Below, in pieces: positions 9,323 to 18,810 of a DNA stretch of 64,000 nt. The DNA is from Rhodospirillales bacterium (GTDB lineage Bacteria; Pseudomonadota; Alphaproteobacteria; Rhodospirillales; CAMCUA01): contig CBDFHV010000059.1 of the NCBI GenBank assembly GCA_965247705.1, positions 3,879-67,878 on the forward strand, written 5' to 3'. Within the stretch, counting starts at the first letter, position 1. The number at the start of each line of letters is the position of its first letter. A model generated the notes under the pieces. The model saw only the letters and a list, made by a program, of their open reading frames with translations. It had not been told where the DNA came from and did no database searches. A program made the translations under genes and the position numbers.

Positions 9323-10713
9323 CGCCGCCGCTTCATCCCCTGACCATCGCCGAGGCGGGACGCCGGATTGCCGACGGGTCCCTGTCGCCGGTGGACCTCG
9401 TGGACACCGTGTTCGCGCGCATCGAGGCCCTGGAGCCTGAACTCCACGCCTACGCCACGCCCATGGTCGAGTCGGCGCGGACCGCTGCCCGGCAGGCGGC
9501 GGAGGACATCGCCGGCGGCCGCTACCGTGGCCCCTTACATGGCATTCCCCTGGCCATCAAGGACATCTACGACACGGCGGGGGTGCGCACCGCCTACGGC
9601 TCGCCACGGCATCTCGACCGGGTCCCCGACCGCGACGCCACCACCGTGGGGCGCCTGAAGGCCGCCGGCGCCATCGTCGTCGGCAAGGCCACCACCCACG
9701 AGTTCGCCATGGGCGGGCCCGAATTCGACGGGCCCTTTCCGCCGGCCCGCAATCCCTGGGACCGGACACGGTTCACCGGCGGATCCAGCAGCGGTTCCGG
9801 GGCCGCCGTGCCGGCCGGCCTGGCGCTGGGGGCCATGGGCAGCGACACCATGGGCTCGATCCGTATTCCCGCCGCCTATTGCGGCATGGCGGGCCTCAAG
9901 CCAACCTACGGGCTGGTGAGCCGCGCCGGGGTGGCGCCCCTGGCCTGGTCCCTGGACACTTGCGGGCCCATGGCCTGGACCGCCGAGGACTGCGCCATCA
10001 TGCTGGAGGCCCTGGCCGGCCCCGATCCGCAAGACCCCACCACGGCCAAGTCCGTGGCGTTCGATGCAGACACGCTGCATGAACGCTCCGTCGCCGGGCT
10101 TCGCCTCGGCGTCGTCCGCCATTTCCATGAAGTGGATGAGAAGGCCGCGGACACCACCTTGGCGGCCCTGGAGGCGGCTCTGCGGACGTTTGCCGACTTG
10201 GGGTGCAAGGTTGTCGACGTGCGCTTGTCGCCGCTGTGGGACTACGGGGCCGCCACCTACGTCATCTGCCTGTCGGAGGCCTATGCCTTTCACGCGCCGG
10301 CCCTGCGGGAGGATCCCAGGGCCTACGGACCGCGCAACCTGGAGAAGTTCAGCCTGGGCGGCACCATCAAAGCCGGCGCCTACGTGGATGCCCTGCGGGT
10401 TCGCGCCTCCCTGTCAGCGGAAATGGGCGCCGCGCTGACCGACGTGGACGCCTTGATCACCGTAGGCGCCTGGGACGTGGCGCCGCCGATCGATTCCGTT
10501 TCCACGCTGGGGAGTCTGGAAACGCCATCGATTACCGCGCCCTTCAACCTGACGGGCGTGCCCGCGGCATCGGTCTGCACCGGGTTTGATTCAAATGGCA
10601 TGCCCCTCGGCATGCAGATCGCCGGCCGGGCTTTCGACGAGGCCACGGTGCTGGCCCTGGCCCATGCCTACGAACAGGCGACCCCGTGGCGAGAGCGTCG
10701 GCCAGCCGGGTGA
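9319..10713 (+). CDS. Amidase-signature family enzyme (GatA/AtzE-like)
   Basis: GPLHGIPLAIKD (Lys), TGGSSSGSG and GSDTMGSIRIPA (Ser-cisSer-Lys triad), GLKPTYGLVSR. Confidence 0.93.
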   Translation: MTPPLHPLTIAEAGRRIADGSLSPVDLVDTVFARIEALEPELHAYATPMVESARTAARQAAEDIAGGRYRGPLHGIPLAIKDIYDTAGVRTAYGSPRHLDRVPDRDATTVGRLKAAGAIVVGKATTHEFAMGGPEFDGPFPPARNPWDRTRFTGGSSSGSGAAVPAGLALGAMGSDTMGSIRIPAAYCGMAGLKPTYGLVSRAGVAPLAWSLDTCGPMAWTAEDCAIMLEALAGPDPQDPTTAKSVAFDADTLHERSVAGLRLGVVRHFHEVDEKAADTTLAALEAALRTFADLGCKVVDVRLSPLWDYGAATYVICLSEAYAFHAPALREDPRAYGPRNLEKFSLGGTIKAGAYVDALRVRASLSAEMGAALTDVDALITVGAWDVAPPIDSVSTLGSLETPSITAPFNLTGVPAASVCTGFDSNGMPLGMQIAGRAFDEATVLALAHAYEQATPWRERRPAG

Positions 10714-11786
10714 GTGGCGCGGCGTCCCCGCGGGCGGTGAAGGACGCCATCGGGTTGCGGGCCCGGCACTTGGGCTTCGATGCGGTGGGTTTGTGCACCG
10801 CCGTTAGGGATGCTGGAAACGCCGCCGACCTGGCCACCTTTCTCGACCGGGGTCTGCAGGGGGATATGGACTGGCTTGCGCGCCATCGGGCGCGCCGTAC
10901 CGATCCCCGGACCCTGTGGCCCGAAGCGCGGACGATCGTCGCCCTCGGGGTCAACTACGGACCCGGCGGGACGGGTGTTTCGGGCGATCCCCTGGCCATC
11001 CTGAAGCAACGGGACCGGGCCGCCATCAGCGTCTATGCCCGGGGCCGGGACTATCACGACGTGGTCAAGAAGAAGCTGAAGGCCCTCGGCCGATGGATGG
11101 TCGAAACCCTCGACTGCCAGGTCAAGGTCTTCGTCGATACCGCGCCGGTGATGGAGAAGCCCGCGGCCGCAAGGGCGGGGATCGGCTGGCAAGGCAAACA
11201 TACCAACCTGCTGAGCCGGGAATTCGGTTCCTGGCTGTTTCTGGGCGAGGTGTTCACCGATCTCGATTTGCCGGCGGACGACCCGGCGGTGGACCACTGC
11301 GGGTCTTGCGACGCCTGCCGGCAGGCCTGCCCGACCGATGCCCTGCCGGCGCCCCGCCGCATCGATCCCACCCGCTGCATCTCGTACCTGACCATCGAGC
11401 ACAAGGGCCCCATTGCGGCGGATCTCATGGCCGCCATGGGCAACCGGGTCTACGGCTGCGACGACTGTCTGGCCGTCTGCCCGTGGAACAAGTTCGCCAC
11501 GCCGACCACGGAACCGGGCCTGATGCCCCGGGTGGAACTTACCGCTCCCCGCCTGTCGGACCTGGCGACGTTGGACGAGGCCCAGTTCCGCCGCCTGTTC
11601 GCCGGCTCGCCCATCAAGCGCACCGGCCGCGACCGTTTCCTGCGCAATGTGGCCATCGCCGTCGGCAACAGCGGCGACCCATCATTAGGACCGACCGCCC
11701 GGCGCCTCGCCGAGGATGCGTCCCCGCTCGTCCGCGAGGCCGGCGGCTGGGCGGAGCGCAGACTCCGCGTCGGAGAGGACGATTAG
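10710..11786 (+). CDS. queG: Epoxyqueuosine reductase
   Basis: ISVYARGRDYHD, FVDTAPVMEK, CGSCDACRQACPT, CISYLTIEH, YGCDDCLAVCPWNK. GTGA overlap with the amidase stop. Confidence 0.96.
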   Translation: MSGAASPRAVKDAIGLRARHLGFDAVGLCTAVRDAGNAADLATFLDRGLQGDMDWLARHRARRTDPRTLWPEARTIVALGVNYGPGGTGVSGDPLAILKQRDRAAISVYARGRDYHDVVKKKLKALGRWMVETLDCQVKVFVDTAPVMEKPAAARAGIGWQGKHTNLLSREFGSWLFLGEVFTDLDLPADDPAVDHCGSCDACRQACPTDALPAPRRIDPTRCISYLTIEHKGPIAADLMAAMGNRVYGCDDCLAVCPWNKFATPTTEPGLMPRVELTAPRLSDLATLDEAQFRRLFAGSPIKRTGRDRFLRNVAIAVGNSGDPSLGPTARRLAEDASPLVREAGGWAERRLRVGEDD

Positions 11787-12106
11787 CGTTTGGCCTCGAA
11801 GAAGGGGGCGGCCACCAGAATCTTGTTTTCCTGGCGCAGCAGATATCCCAACTCCCCGGCTTTCTTGATATAGGCCTGCCACGAGGGATCGGCCTGCATG
11901 GCGGCCCGCTTGGTGGCCCGGTCGGCCGCGTCCTCGTAGGCCCAGACATGGACGAAGGTGTTGATCTCGCCCACGTCCGTGAAGGCCCACAGGACCGGCT
12001 CGCCAAGATGGCGCTTCTGGGTCGCCATCCCTTCCTTCTCGTAAAACTCCATGTAGGCGTTCAGGGTGCCGGGGTGGACGGCATAGGTGCGGTGATCGAA
12101 GATCAT
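11783..12106 (-). CDS. NIPSNAP family protein
   Basis: MIFDHRTYAVHPG, GEINTFVHVWAYED, RAAMQADPSWQAY. Confidence 0.92.
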   Translation of the reverse strand: MIFDHRTYAVHPGTLNAYMEFYEKEGMATQKRHLGEPVLWAFTDVGEINTFVHVWAYEDAADRATKRAAMQADPSWQAYIKKAGELGYLLRQENKILVAAPFFEAKR

Positions 12107-12215
12107 GGCGCGGTCTCCCAATATGGATCGAGGCGGAAGGCACGCCGGCCAGCGTGCCCGGTTCCGTTAAAGCATGCCCGGATAGCAGGCGCATGGGAAA
12201 ATCCGTGACCGGGAT

Positions 12216-13106
12216 TCAAGGCCTCGGTAACGGGGGCGGCGACACGCTTCCTCGGTTCTGGAACCGGTGGCGGGCGATGACCTCGCCGATGCCGGGTACC
12301 GCGGCGCGGGCCACCGCGCTGGCGATGGGACCCCAGGCGCCTTCCAGGCTGCCGGCCGCGACCTGGTTGGCCTGGGAGGCACGGCCCACGCTGTTGCCGG
12401 CCGGGTCACGCACCTCCCACACGATGCTGACCCGCTGGCGCCCCTGGGATGGCGGGTCGACGACGATTGTTCCCGCCACCCGGTAGGGCGCGGTTCGGGG
12501 GTCATTGGACACGATCAGCCCGGCCGCGCGCAGGGCCTTGCCGAGAGCCGCGGCGAGGGCGCGATTGCCGTCGCCCGGCGCCCCCTGCGCCCCGACGACG
12601 TGCACATCGGGGGTGGCGGTCGCCGCGTCGTCGTCCGCCTCCGCGTCGCGAAGAAGCGCGGCCACGATCCGCGATCCTTCGCTGCCGACCCGGGACAGCA
12701 GCCGAGGGTCGCCGTAGTCCCATTGCCAGCGGGGGCCCAGGATGCCTTGGGTCTGGAAGCCGATGGGCGCGCGGTCTCCGTCGAGCAGGGTCCAGTGGAT
12801 CAGCATGATGTAGGGCAGGGACGGGTCGTCCCGATTCGGCTCGGCTCGGCCGGTCACCACGAATCGGGTCTGCGTGCCGCCGCCTACCGTCGCCTGGACG
12901 TTTTCCTTGGTGAGGGCACGGGCCAGGGACTCCGCGAGCAGTCGCGACAGGGGCTCGGCGGCGCCCGCTACGGGCTCGACCCGCACCTCGACGGGGTCTG
13001 TCGGCGTGGCCAGGGGCGGGGGAGCCCCTCGGAACGGTTTTGGCAGGGGCGCGCAGGCCGCGATCAGCGCGACAAGGGCCAGGGAAGGCGCCACCAAGCC
13101 TTTCAT
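12216..13106 (-). CDS. Conserved hypothetical lipoprotein (two similar alpha/beta domains)
   Basis: Lipobox LIAAC. Motifs GAQGAPGDGNRALAAAL, VSIVWEVRDPAG, GSLEGAWG. Confidence 0.75.
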   Translation of the reverse strand: MKGLVAPSLALVALIAACAPLPKPFRGAPPPLATPTDPVEVRVEPVAGAAEPLSRLLAESLARALTKENVQATVGGGTQTRFVVTGRAEPNRDDPSLPYIMLIHWTLLDGDRAPIGFQTQGILGPRWQWDYGDPRLLSRVGSEGSRIVAALLRDAEADDDAATATPDVHVVGAQGAPGDGNRALAAALGKALRAAGLIVSNDPRTAPYRVAGTIVVDPPSQGRQRVSIVWEVRDPAGNSVGRASQANQVAAGSLEGAWGPIASAVARAAVPGIGEVIARHRFQNRGSVSPPPLPRP

Positions 13107-13284
13107 CTCGCATTCCCTGGATGGCCGAGTTGGCGGCACCGCTCGACCTGTTTCGTCGCATCCTGGAGATGATCAACGACCTCAGACCGGCACCGCCCGA
13201 TCGCTCATCCACACACTTTGGTTATTAGAGGCATGGCGCCTTTCCGCCCCGCTAAGGTGGATTTGGGCGGCGACCACGAAAGCG

Positions 13285-13644
13285 TCATTTCGCCGGCGGC
13301 GCCGCCTCCAAGGCTTCAACGACGGTCAACGCGCACGCCTCCGCGACCGCGGAGCGGTATCTTTCGCTCACGTTGGCGACCCAGCCGGCCTCGACGACAA
13401 ACTTGTCGCGCGCCCAGGAACTCGCCTCCTTCAGGCGCGCGATCTGTTCCGGCTGCAGGTCCGCCTTGGCAACGCAGAGTGGCGCAAATGCCAAGACGAT
13501 AGCCGACTCGGCGCCTGCCGAGGCCATCTGTCCGGCCGTCCCGCCCGTCACCCAGCCACCCCAGACGAAACCGACGATCATTGCGGCGATCACGCCGCCG
13601 ATCGCGCCCCATATCGCGGGTTTTACCGATGCTGGTACCTTCAT
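13285..13644 (-). CDS. Conserved hypothetical membrane-anchored protein (KPAIWGAIGG...GFVWGGWVTGGTA...APLCV...AEACA)
   Basis: GGAGG RBS upstream, N-terminal TM segment, two Cys in a conserved-looking context. Confidence 0.75.
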   Translation of the reverse strand: MKVPASVKPAIWGAIGGVIAAMIVGFVWGGWVTGGTAGQMASAGAESAIVLAFAPLCVAKADLQPEQIARLKEASSWARDKFVVEAGWVANVSERYRSAVAEACALTVVEALEAAPPAK

Positions 13645-13664
13645 TGCGAGTCCTCCCAATTCTA

Positions 13665-14751
13665 ATTAACGTCCCTATCCGGTTAAAGCAGGTAGCGCAC
13701 CCTGCGGTTGAAGACTGTCGACCAGCTCCTTGTAGGTGATGGTGGGTTGGTCCATGGCGCGGCGGAGGACGAAGTCGGCCAGATCGGTGATGCGTGTGCG
13801 GCGGTTGAAGCGGTAGCTCCATTCCCGGGCATAGCGCGGCAGGTGCTTGGCGCCGACACCGTGATAGGTGCCGTTGAGCCAGGTCTTCACGTTGGAAAAC
13901 AGGACATGGACGACCGGCATCAAGCGCTCGGCATTCTTGCCTTCGCCTTGCACGACGGGGTGGTGGCGATAGGTGTCGCGGAGTCCGGCGTACCCCTTGA
14001 AGGCGTCGCTGGCGAGGCGGCTTCCGGGCCTGACCGAAGCGCGCACGAAGCCGCCCAGCTCGCGGGCGGTGGCCGCCGGGAGGATGGCGAGCCGCGCCCG
14101 GCCGGCGACGAAGCCGCTTCCCTTGATGCCCTTGCCCGGCCCGACCGGCCGCTTCTCGACGGCCATCACCAACAGGCTCTTGTTCGGGTTGGAAAGGCCC
14201 CGGCCCCGGCTCTCCGGCTTGCCGCGCCCGCCATAATAACTCTCGTCGACCTCGACCAAGCCCTCGAGCGGAAATTCCGAGCGCTCCGTCAGGGCATGAC
14301 GCAGCTTATGAGCCATCAGCCACGCTGTCTCGTAGCGCAGATCCAACTCGCGGGACAGCAAAAGGGCCGAGACCCCACGCTTGTCGCGCGCCATCCACCA
14401 CGCCGCCAGGAACCATTTGCGGAGCGGCGTGCGGGTGCGGTGGAAGATCGTCCCCGCCGTCACCGATTCCTGATGACCGCAACGGGCGCATTCGAAGATC
14501 CTGGGCCGCGCCGTCATTCGGTAGCTCCGCCGTTCGCCGCAGCGGGCACAGACATAGCCCTGCGGCCAGCGCAGCCGGGCCAGCGCCTCGATGCAGGCCG
14601 CTTCCGATCCGTGCCGTTCTTGAAACGCCAACATCCTGCCCATCGCACCGCCCTCCAAAAGCCCGAGACAATGCGATCAGCCTACATCCTCTACGTGAAC
14701 ATAACAAGAACATTTGGGCCGATCCTGTTTTAACCGGATAGGGACGTTAAT
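13665..14751 (-). mobile_element. IS1595-family insertion sequence (probably ISSod11 group)
   Basis: Terminal inverted repeats 13665-13692 and 14724-14751 match at 27/28 positions (attaacgtccctatccggttaaa.cagg) and enclose a single transposase. Confidence 0.92.
13675..14643 (-). CDS. IS1595-family DDE transposase with N-terminal Zn ribbon
   Basis: RWPQGYVCARCG, FECARCGHQESVTAGTIFH, VEVDESYYGG, SD, TYHGVGAKHLPRYAREWSYRFNRR. Confidence 0.95.
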   Translation of the reverse strand: MGRMLAFQERHGSEAACIEALARLRWPQGYVCARCGERRSYRMTARPRIFECARCGHQESVTAGTIFHRTRTPLRKWFLAAWWMARDKRGVSALLLSRELDLRYETAWLMAHKLRHALTERSEFPLEGLVEVDESYYGGRGKPESRGRGLSNPNKSLLVMAVEKRPVGPGKGIKGSGFVAGRARLAILPAATARELGGFVRASVRPGSRLASDAFKGYAGLRDTYRHHPVVQGEGKNAERLMPVVHVLFSNVKTWLNGTYHGVGAKHLPRYAREWSYRFNRRTRITDLADFVLRRAMDQPTITYKELVDSLQPQGALPALTG

Positions 14752-14956
14752 GATTAAACCGATATCTCCCAGATGGCGAATTATCCGTCCCATATCGCAC
14801 TCAGGATAGTCTGAACGGCTGACATAGTGAAGGTCGGGAGCCGTCTCTGGTTCCAAGGCACCCCTTTGGGCTGCTCCTGGAGTCATCGATATCCCAGCCA
14901 GCGAAATCAGTGAGGCCGCGTCACCGAGTTCACGGAAACCGAGCCATCGGTCCGAT

Positions 14957-15028
14957 TCAAACCGCCAGGACGCAGGTGACCAGGGAGATCAGGATCAGGG
15001 CGAAGCACAGGATGATCATGTGGGGCAT
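14957..15028 (-). CDS. Putative 23-aa single-TM microprotein MPHMIILCFALILISLVTCVLAV
   Basis: Starts 12 nt after the pgeF stop. Nearly all codons end in G/C and the peptide is essentially all hydrophobic. Confidence 0.5.
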   Translation of the reverse strand: MPHMIILCFALILISLVTCVLAV

Positions 15029-15040
15029 GGCGGGTGTCGG

Positions 15041-15823
15041 CTATCCAGTGTGCGCCGCCGCGAGGGCGATGGCCGACAGGCCACGGCCATAGTCCTTCTC
15101 GCCGCGAAGGGTGTTGCGCCGGTAGCTGAAGAACAAGTCCTCCTCGGCGCACGTATCCCGGTCGACGCGGGAAACGGCGGCCAGGTCGAGAGTCCGCAGC
15201 CGCGCCGCCACGTAACCCGGCAGGTCGAAGCGGAAATGGTCGGCCCGGTCCGAGGCAACGAAATAGCGTTCGTTGTCCGCCGCGGCGGCCACGAACCGCT
15301 CCTTGTATTCGGGACCGACCTCGTAGGAGCTCTGGTGGATGCAGGGGCCCGTCACGGCCACGATCCCCGAGCGGTTGGCGCCCAGGGCTTCCATGGCGCG
15401 GACGGTGGCCTCCAGCACGCCGTTCATCGCCCCCTTCCATCCGGCGTGGGCCGCTCCCACCACGCGCCCGTCCCCATCGGCGAACAGAATGGGCACGCAG
15501 TCGGCGGTGAGGATTCCCAAGGCGATGCCCGGCCGGTCCGTCACCAGGCCGTCCACCCGGGGCGCGTCCTGCCCGCCCGGCCACGGCGCCTCCACGGTGC
15601 GGACCGCCGCCGAATGGACCTGATAGGCGGTGGTCAGGCGTTCGGCATCCAGATCGAGCCGCGCCGCCGCCCGTCGCCGATTTTCCGACACCCGGGCGGT
15701 GTCGTCGCCGGAACCCAGCCCGCAGTTGAGGGAGGCGTATATTCCCTCGCTGCAGCCGCCACGGCGGGTGAAGAAGCCGTGGCGAACGCCGGGCAGGTCG
15801 GCGAGAAGTTCGTCGGTGAGCAT
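15041..15823 (-). CDS. pgeF: Peptidoglycan editing factor PgeF / YfiH purine nucleoside phosphorylase
   Basis: HGFFTRRGG, SLNCG, YQVHS, LTADCVPIL, AAHAGWKGA, FFSYRR. Confidence 0.94.
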   Translation of the reverse strand: MLTDELLADLPGVRHGFFTRRGGCSEGIYASLNCGLGSGDDTARVSENRRRAAARLDLDAERLTTAYQVHSAAVRTVEAPWPGGQDAPRVDGLVTDRPGIALGILTADCVPILFADGDGRVVGAAHAGWKGAMNGVLEATVRAMEALGANRSGIVAVTGPCIHQSSYEVGPEYKERFVAAAADNERYFVASDRADHFRFDLPGYVAARLRTLDLAAVSRVDRDTCAEEDLFFSYRRNTLRGEKDYGRGLSAIALAAAHTG

Positions 15824-15866
15824 GGCGCCGATTATCGGAGGGAAAGGGGGCGGCTGCCAAGGCCGC

Positions 15867-16973
15867 TTAGGCCTGTTCGGCTCCTACGAAGCCGGGGGGC
15901 GGTTTCAGACCCGGCGCCGTCAGGGCGAGCGCCTTGAACAGACCGCCCATGCCGCCCGGAGACGTGAGGCGGTGCAGGGCGGCGCGGATGTCCTGGTTCT
16001 GGCGGGGGGTGGCCGTGGCCATCAGTTTCTTGGCTCGGGCTTTGATGCCGAGCGCGCTCAGGAACGGGCCCAGGGGTACGGGCCCGTGAACGTCGGCACC
16101 CCGCGCGGCCGCCGTCTCGGCAAGTCCAAGGAAATCCACGTGGGCGGTCAAGTCGGCCTCGCCCGGAGTCTCCAATACCGGGTGGTATCGATGCTGCCGC
16201 ACGGCTTGCAAGGTATCGCCCGCCGCCCGGTGGCTGTGACCGTAGTCCACGATCAGGGCCGCGCCCCCATCGCGGTGCGATCGATCGGCAATGGCGGCGG
16301 CAAGCGCCGTCCCGGCGGCGCCGACCTCGACGATGCCGCCCGGCGGCACGTCACCTAGCTCGGGTGGCAAGCCCATGTCACCGGCGGCAATGGGCCCGAG
16401 GACGAAGGCGAACCGGTCGCCCTCTTCCACGGCGACCTGGCGCTCCCGCCAGCCATGTTCCGTGCGTTGGAACTGTTGGATGGGCAGGGCATCGAAGAAC
16501 TCGTTGGCGATCAGGATCAGCGGCCCGTCGGGGACGGAAGCGAGTCCGTCGTGCCACGTGGGCGCGGCCTCCGCCAGGACCTTCTCCTGGCGCCGCCGCA
16601 GGACCGGCGAGGCTTCCACCAGATGGAGGCGAACCGCATCATGGAATTCGGGCACCCGGGACGCGGCCCGCAACGCGTCTCCCATCAGGGTCCCGCGGCC
16701 CGGGCCCAGTTCCACCATCAGGACCGGGTCGGGGCCGCCCATGGACCGCCAAACGACCACCGCCCACAGGCCGATCAGCTCGCCGAACATCTGGCTGATT
16801 TCCGGGGCCGTGGTGAAATCCCCGTCGCCTCCCAACGGATCCCGCGTCACATAGTAGCCCCACCGGGGGTGGGCCAGGCAATCGGCCATGAACTGGGCCA
16901 CGGTCAGGGGCCCTTCGCGGGCGATGCGGTGCTTGAGATGTTCGCTCAGGGAGCCGGCGGGCGCCAACCTCAT
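15867..16973 (-). CDS. SAM-dependent methyltransferase, MidA/NDUFAF7 family
   Basis: GDFTTAPEISQMFGELIG, ELGPGRGTLM, ANEFFDALP, VDYG, ADLTAHVDF. Confidence 0.93.
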   Translation of the reverse strand: MRLAPAGSLSEHLKHRIAREGPLTVAQFMADCLAHPRWGYYVTRDPLGGDGDFTTAPEISQMFGELIGLWAVVVWRSMGGPDPVLMVELGPGRGTLMGDALRAASRVPEFHDAVRLHLVEASPVLRRRQEKVLAEAAPTWHDGLASVPDGPLILIANEFFDALPIQQFQRTEHGWRERQVAVEEGDRFAFVLGPIAAGDMGLPPELGDVPPGGIVEVGAAGTALAAAIADRSHRDGGAALIVDYGHSHRAAGDTLQAVRQHRYHPVLETPGEADLTAHVDFLGLAETAAARGADVHGPVPLGPFLSALGIKARAKKLMATATPRQNQDIRAALHRLTSPGGMGGLFKALALTAPGLKPPPGFVGAEQA

Positions 16974-17773
16974 GGGTCGCGCGTTCGGCGCAGGGCCATA
17001 CCGATGAGCACCAGTCCGGCCGCCAGCATGGGCAGCGACAGCCACTGGCCCATGGTGGTGCCGCCGGTCAGAAAACCGATGTGGGCGTCGGGCTGGCGAA
17101 ACAGCTCGACGGTGGCCCGGGCCAGGGAATAGCCAATCAGGAAGACGCCCGTCAAAAGGCCGGGTCGCCTGACGATTTCCTCCCGGCGCGCCATCAGGGA
17201 AAGAACGACGAACAGCAGCAGGCCTTCGAGCAGGGCTTCGTATATCTGGCTGGGGTGGCGCGGCTCCGGCCCGCCGCCCGGAAATATGACGCCCCAGGGG
17301 GCGTCGGTCACCCGACCGAACAGTTCGGCATTGATGAAGTTGGCCAGGCGCCCGAGGAACAGGCCGATGGGCGCCACGCCGGACAGAAGGTCGGCGAAAT
17401 GCAGCGCCCGGATGCCCCGCATTCGGACAAACAGAAGGCCCGCCGCGACGACGCCCAAGAACCCGCCGTGAAAGGACATCCCGCCCTGCCAGACATAGAG
17501 GATGGCCATGGGATTGGCGGCGAAATAGGTGGGATTGTAGAACAGCACGTAGCCAATTCGCCCGCCGAGGATCACGCCCAAGGTCGCCCAGACCAGAAAG
17601 TCGTCCACATCCCGCGCCTCGATGGCGTAGGGGGATCGGCGGGCCCGGGACAGCATCAGTCGCCAGCCGATCACCAGTCCGCCGATATAGGCCAGCGCAT
17701 ACCAGCGGATGGCGAAGGGGCCGATCTGGATCAGAATCGGATCGAAGGCTGGAAAGGCGATGGCGAAGGTCAT
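16970..17773 (-). CDS. lgt: Prolipoprotein diacylglyceryl transferase
   Basis: IRWYALAY, GGRIGYVLFY, GGMSFHGG, GRLANFINAELFGR, RHPSQIYEA. Confidence 0.97.
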   Translation of the reverse strand: MTFAIAFPAFDPILIQIGPFAIRWYALAYIGGLVIGWRLMLSRARRSPYAIEARDVDDFLVWATLGVILGGRIGYVLFYNPTYFAANPMAILYVWQGGMSFHGGFLGVVAAGLLFVRMRGIRALHFADLLSGVAPIGLFLGRLANFINAELFGRVTDAPWGVIFPGGGPEPRHPSQIYEALLEGLLLFVVLSLMARREEIVRRPGLLTGVFLIGYSLARATVELFRQPDAHIGFLTGGTTMGQWLSLPMLAAGLVLIGMALRRTRDP

Positions 17774-17785
17774 GGGGCGGGGAAC

Positions 17786-18766
17786 TCAGCGATAGGGGTC
17801 CGCTGTGTCCAGGTAGTCCCGCACATAGCGGAAGACGCCTTCCTCCAGGTCCGTCCAGTCGTCGAACAGGCTGGAGACGCGGCTCGTCTCCGCCTGGGTG
17901 AAGTACTGGTAGTGGTCCCTGAGCTCCTCCGGCATGGGCCCATACTCGACCCGCGGTTCCCGGTCGAGGGCCCTGAACACGGCACTGGCCAGGTCGGCGA
18001 AGCTGCGGGCCCGCCCGGTGCCGCAATTGAACAGACCGCAAACCTGGGGTTGGTCCAGAAGGGCCAGGACCACGGCCACGCAGTCGCCGACCCAGACGAA
18101 ATCCCGTAGTTGACCGCCGTCCGCGTAGTCCGGGTTGTGGGATTGAAACAGGCGTACCACGCGGCCCGCTCGGGCGTCGGGAAACATATGGGCGATGACG
18201 CTTTTCTGGCCTCCCTTATGGTACTCGTTGGGGCCATAGACGTTGAAGAATTTCAGGCCTGCCCATTGGGGCGGCGCCGGATCGCCCCGGGCGATAAAAC
18301 GGGCGACCCGCCGGTCGAACAGATGCTTGCTCCAAGCATAAGGATTGCGGGGCCGCAGCCGGGCCAGGGCGGCAACCGTCCCGTCATCGTCGAATCCCTG
18401 CCCGCCGTCCCCGTAGGTGGCGGCCGAGGACGCGTAGAGGAAGCGTACTCGATTCGCCGCGCACCAAGTCCACAGGTCCAAGGACAGTCTGAAGTTCGAG
18501 CGGACGATCAGGTCCGCGTTGGTTTCCGTGGTGGTTGAGACGGCGCCCAGGTGGACGATCGCCTCCACCTTGCCGGCGGTCGACTCCAGGAAGGGCAGGA
18601 GATCGGTCGGCGAAATGAGGTCGGCGAGGTCGCGCTTGGCGATGTTGCGCCATTTGTCGCCGTCGCCGAGGGTATCGCAGACCACGATGTCGCCCCCGTC
18701 CCGGGCTTCGAGCCCGGCAACGATGTTGGAGCCGATAAACCCGGCGCCACCGGTGACGATGAACAT
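17786..18766 (-). CDS. rfaD: ADP-L-glycero-D-manno-heptose 6-epimerase
   Basis: MFIVTGGAGFIGSNIV, YASSAATYG, YAWSK, KFFNVYGPNEYHKG, YQYFTQA. Confidence 0.93.
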   Translation of the reverse strand: MFIVTGGAGFIGSNIVAGLEARDGGDIVVCDTLGDGDKWRNIAKRDLADLISPTDLLPFLESTAGKVEAIVHLGAVSTTTETNADLIVRSNFRLSLDLWTWCAANRVRFLYASSAATYGDGGQGFDDDGTVAALARLRPRNPYAWSKHLFDRRVARFIARGDPAPPQWAGLKFFNVYGPNEYHKGGQKSVIAHMFPDARAGRVVRLFQSHNPDYADGGQLRDFVWVGDCVAVVLALLDQPQVCGLFNCGTGRARSFADLASAVFRALDREPRVEYGPMPEELRDHYQYFTQAETSRVSSLFDDWTDLEEGVFRYVRDYLDTADPYR

Positions 18767-18810
18767 GCCGCTCCTCCGCGCTGCGTCCTTATAGGTACGC
18801 CGCCCCAGGT

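Noticed and set aside
15867-18041. 724-aa ORF, and the similar 732-aa ORF at 35871-38069, as fusion proteins
   Set aside because: Only the C-terminal parts (MidA from 16973, LysR from 36824) match families. The N-terminal parts overlap other real genes.
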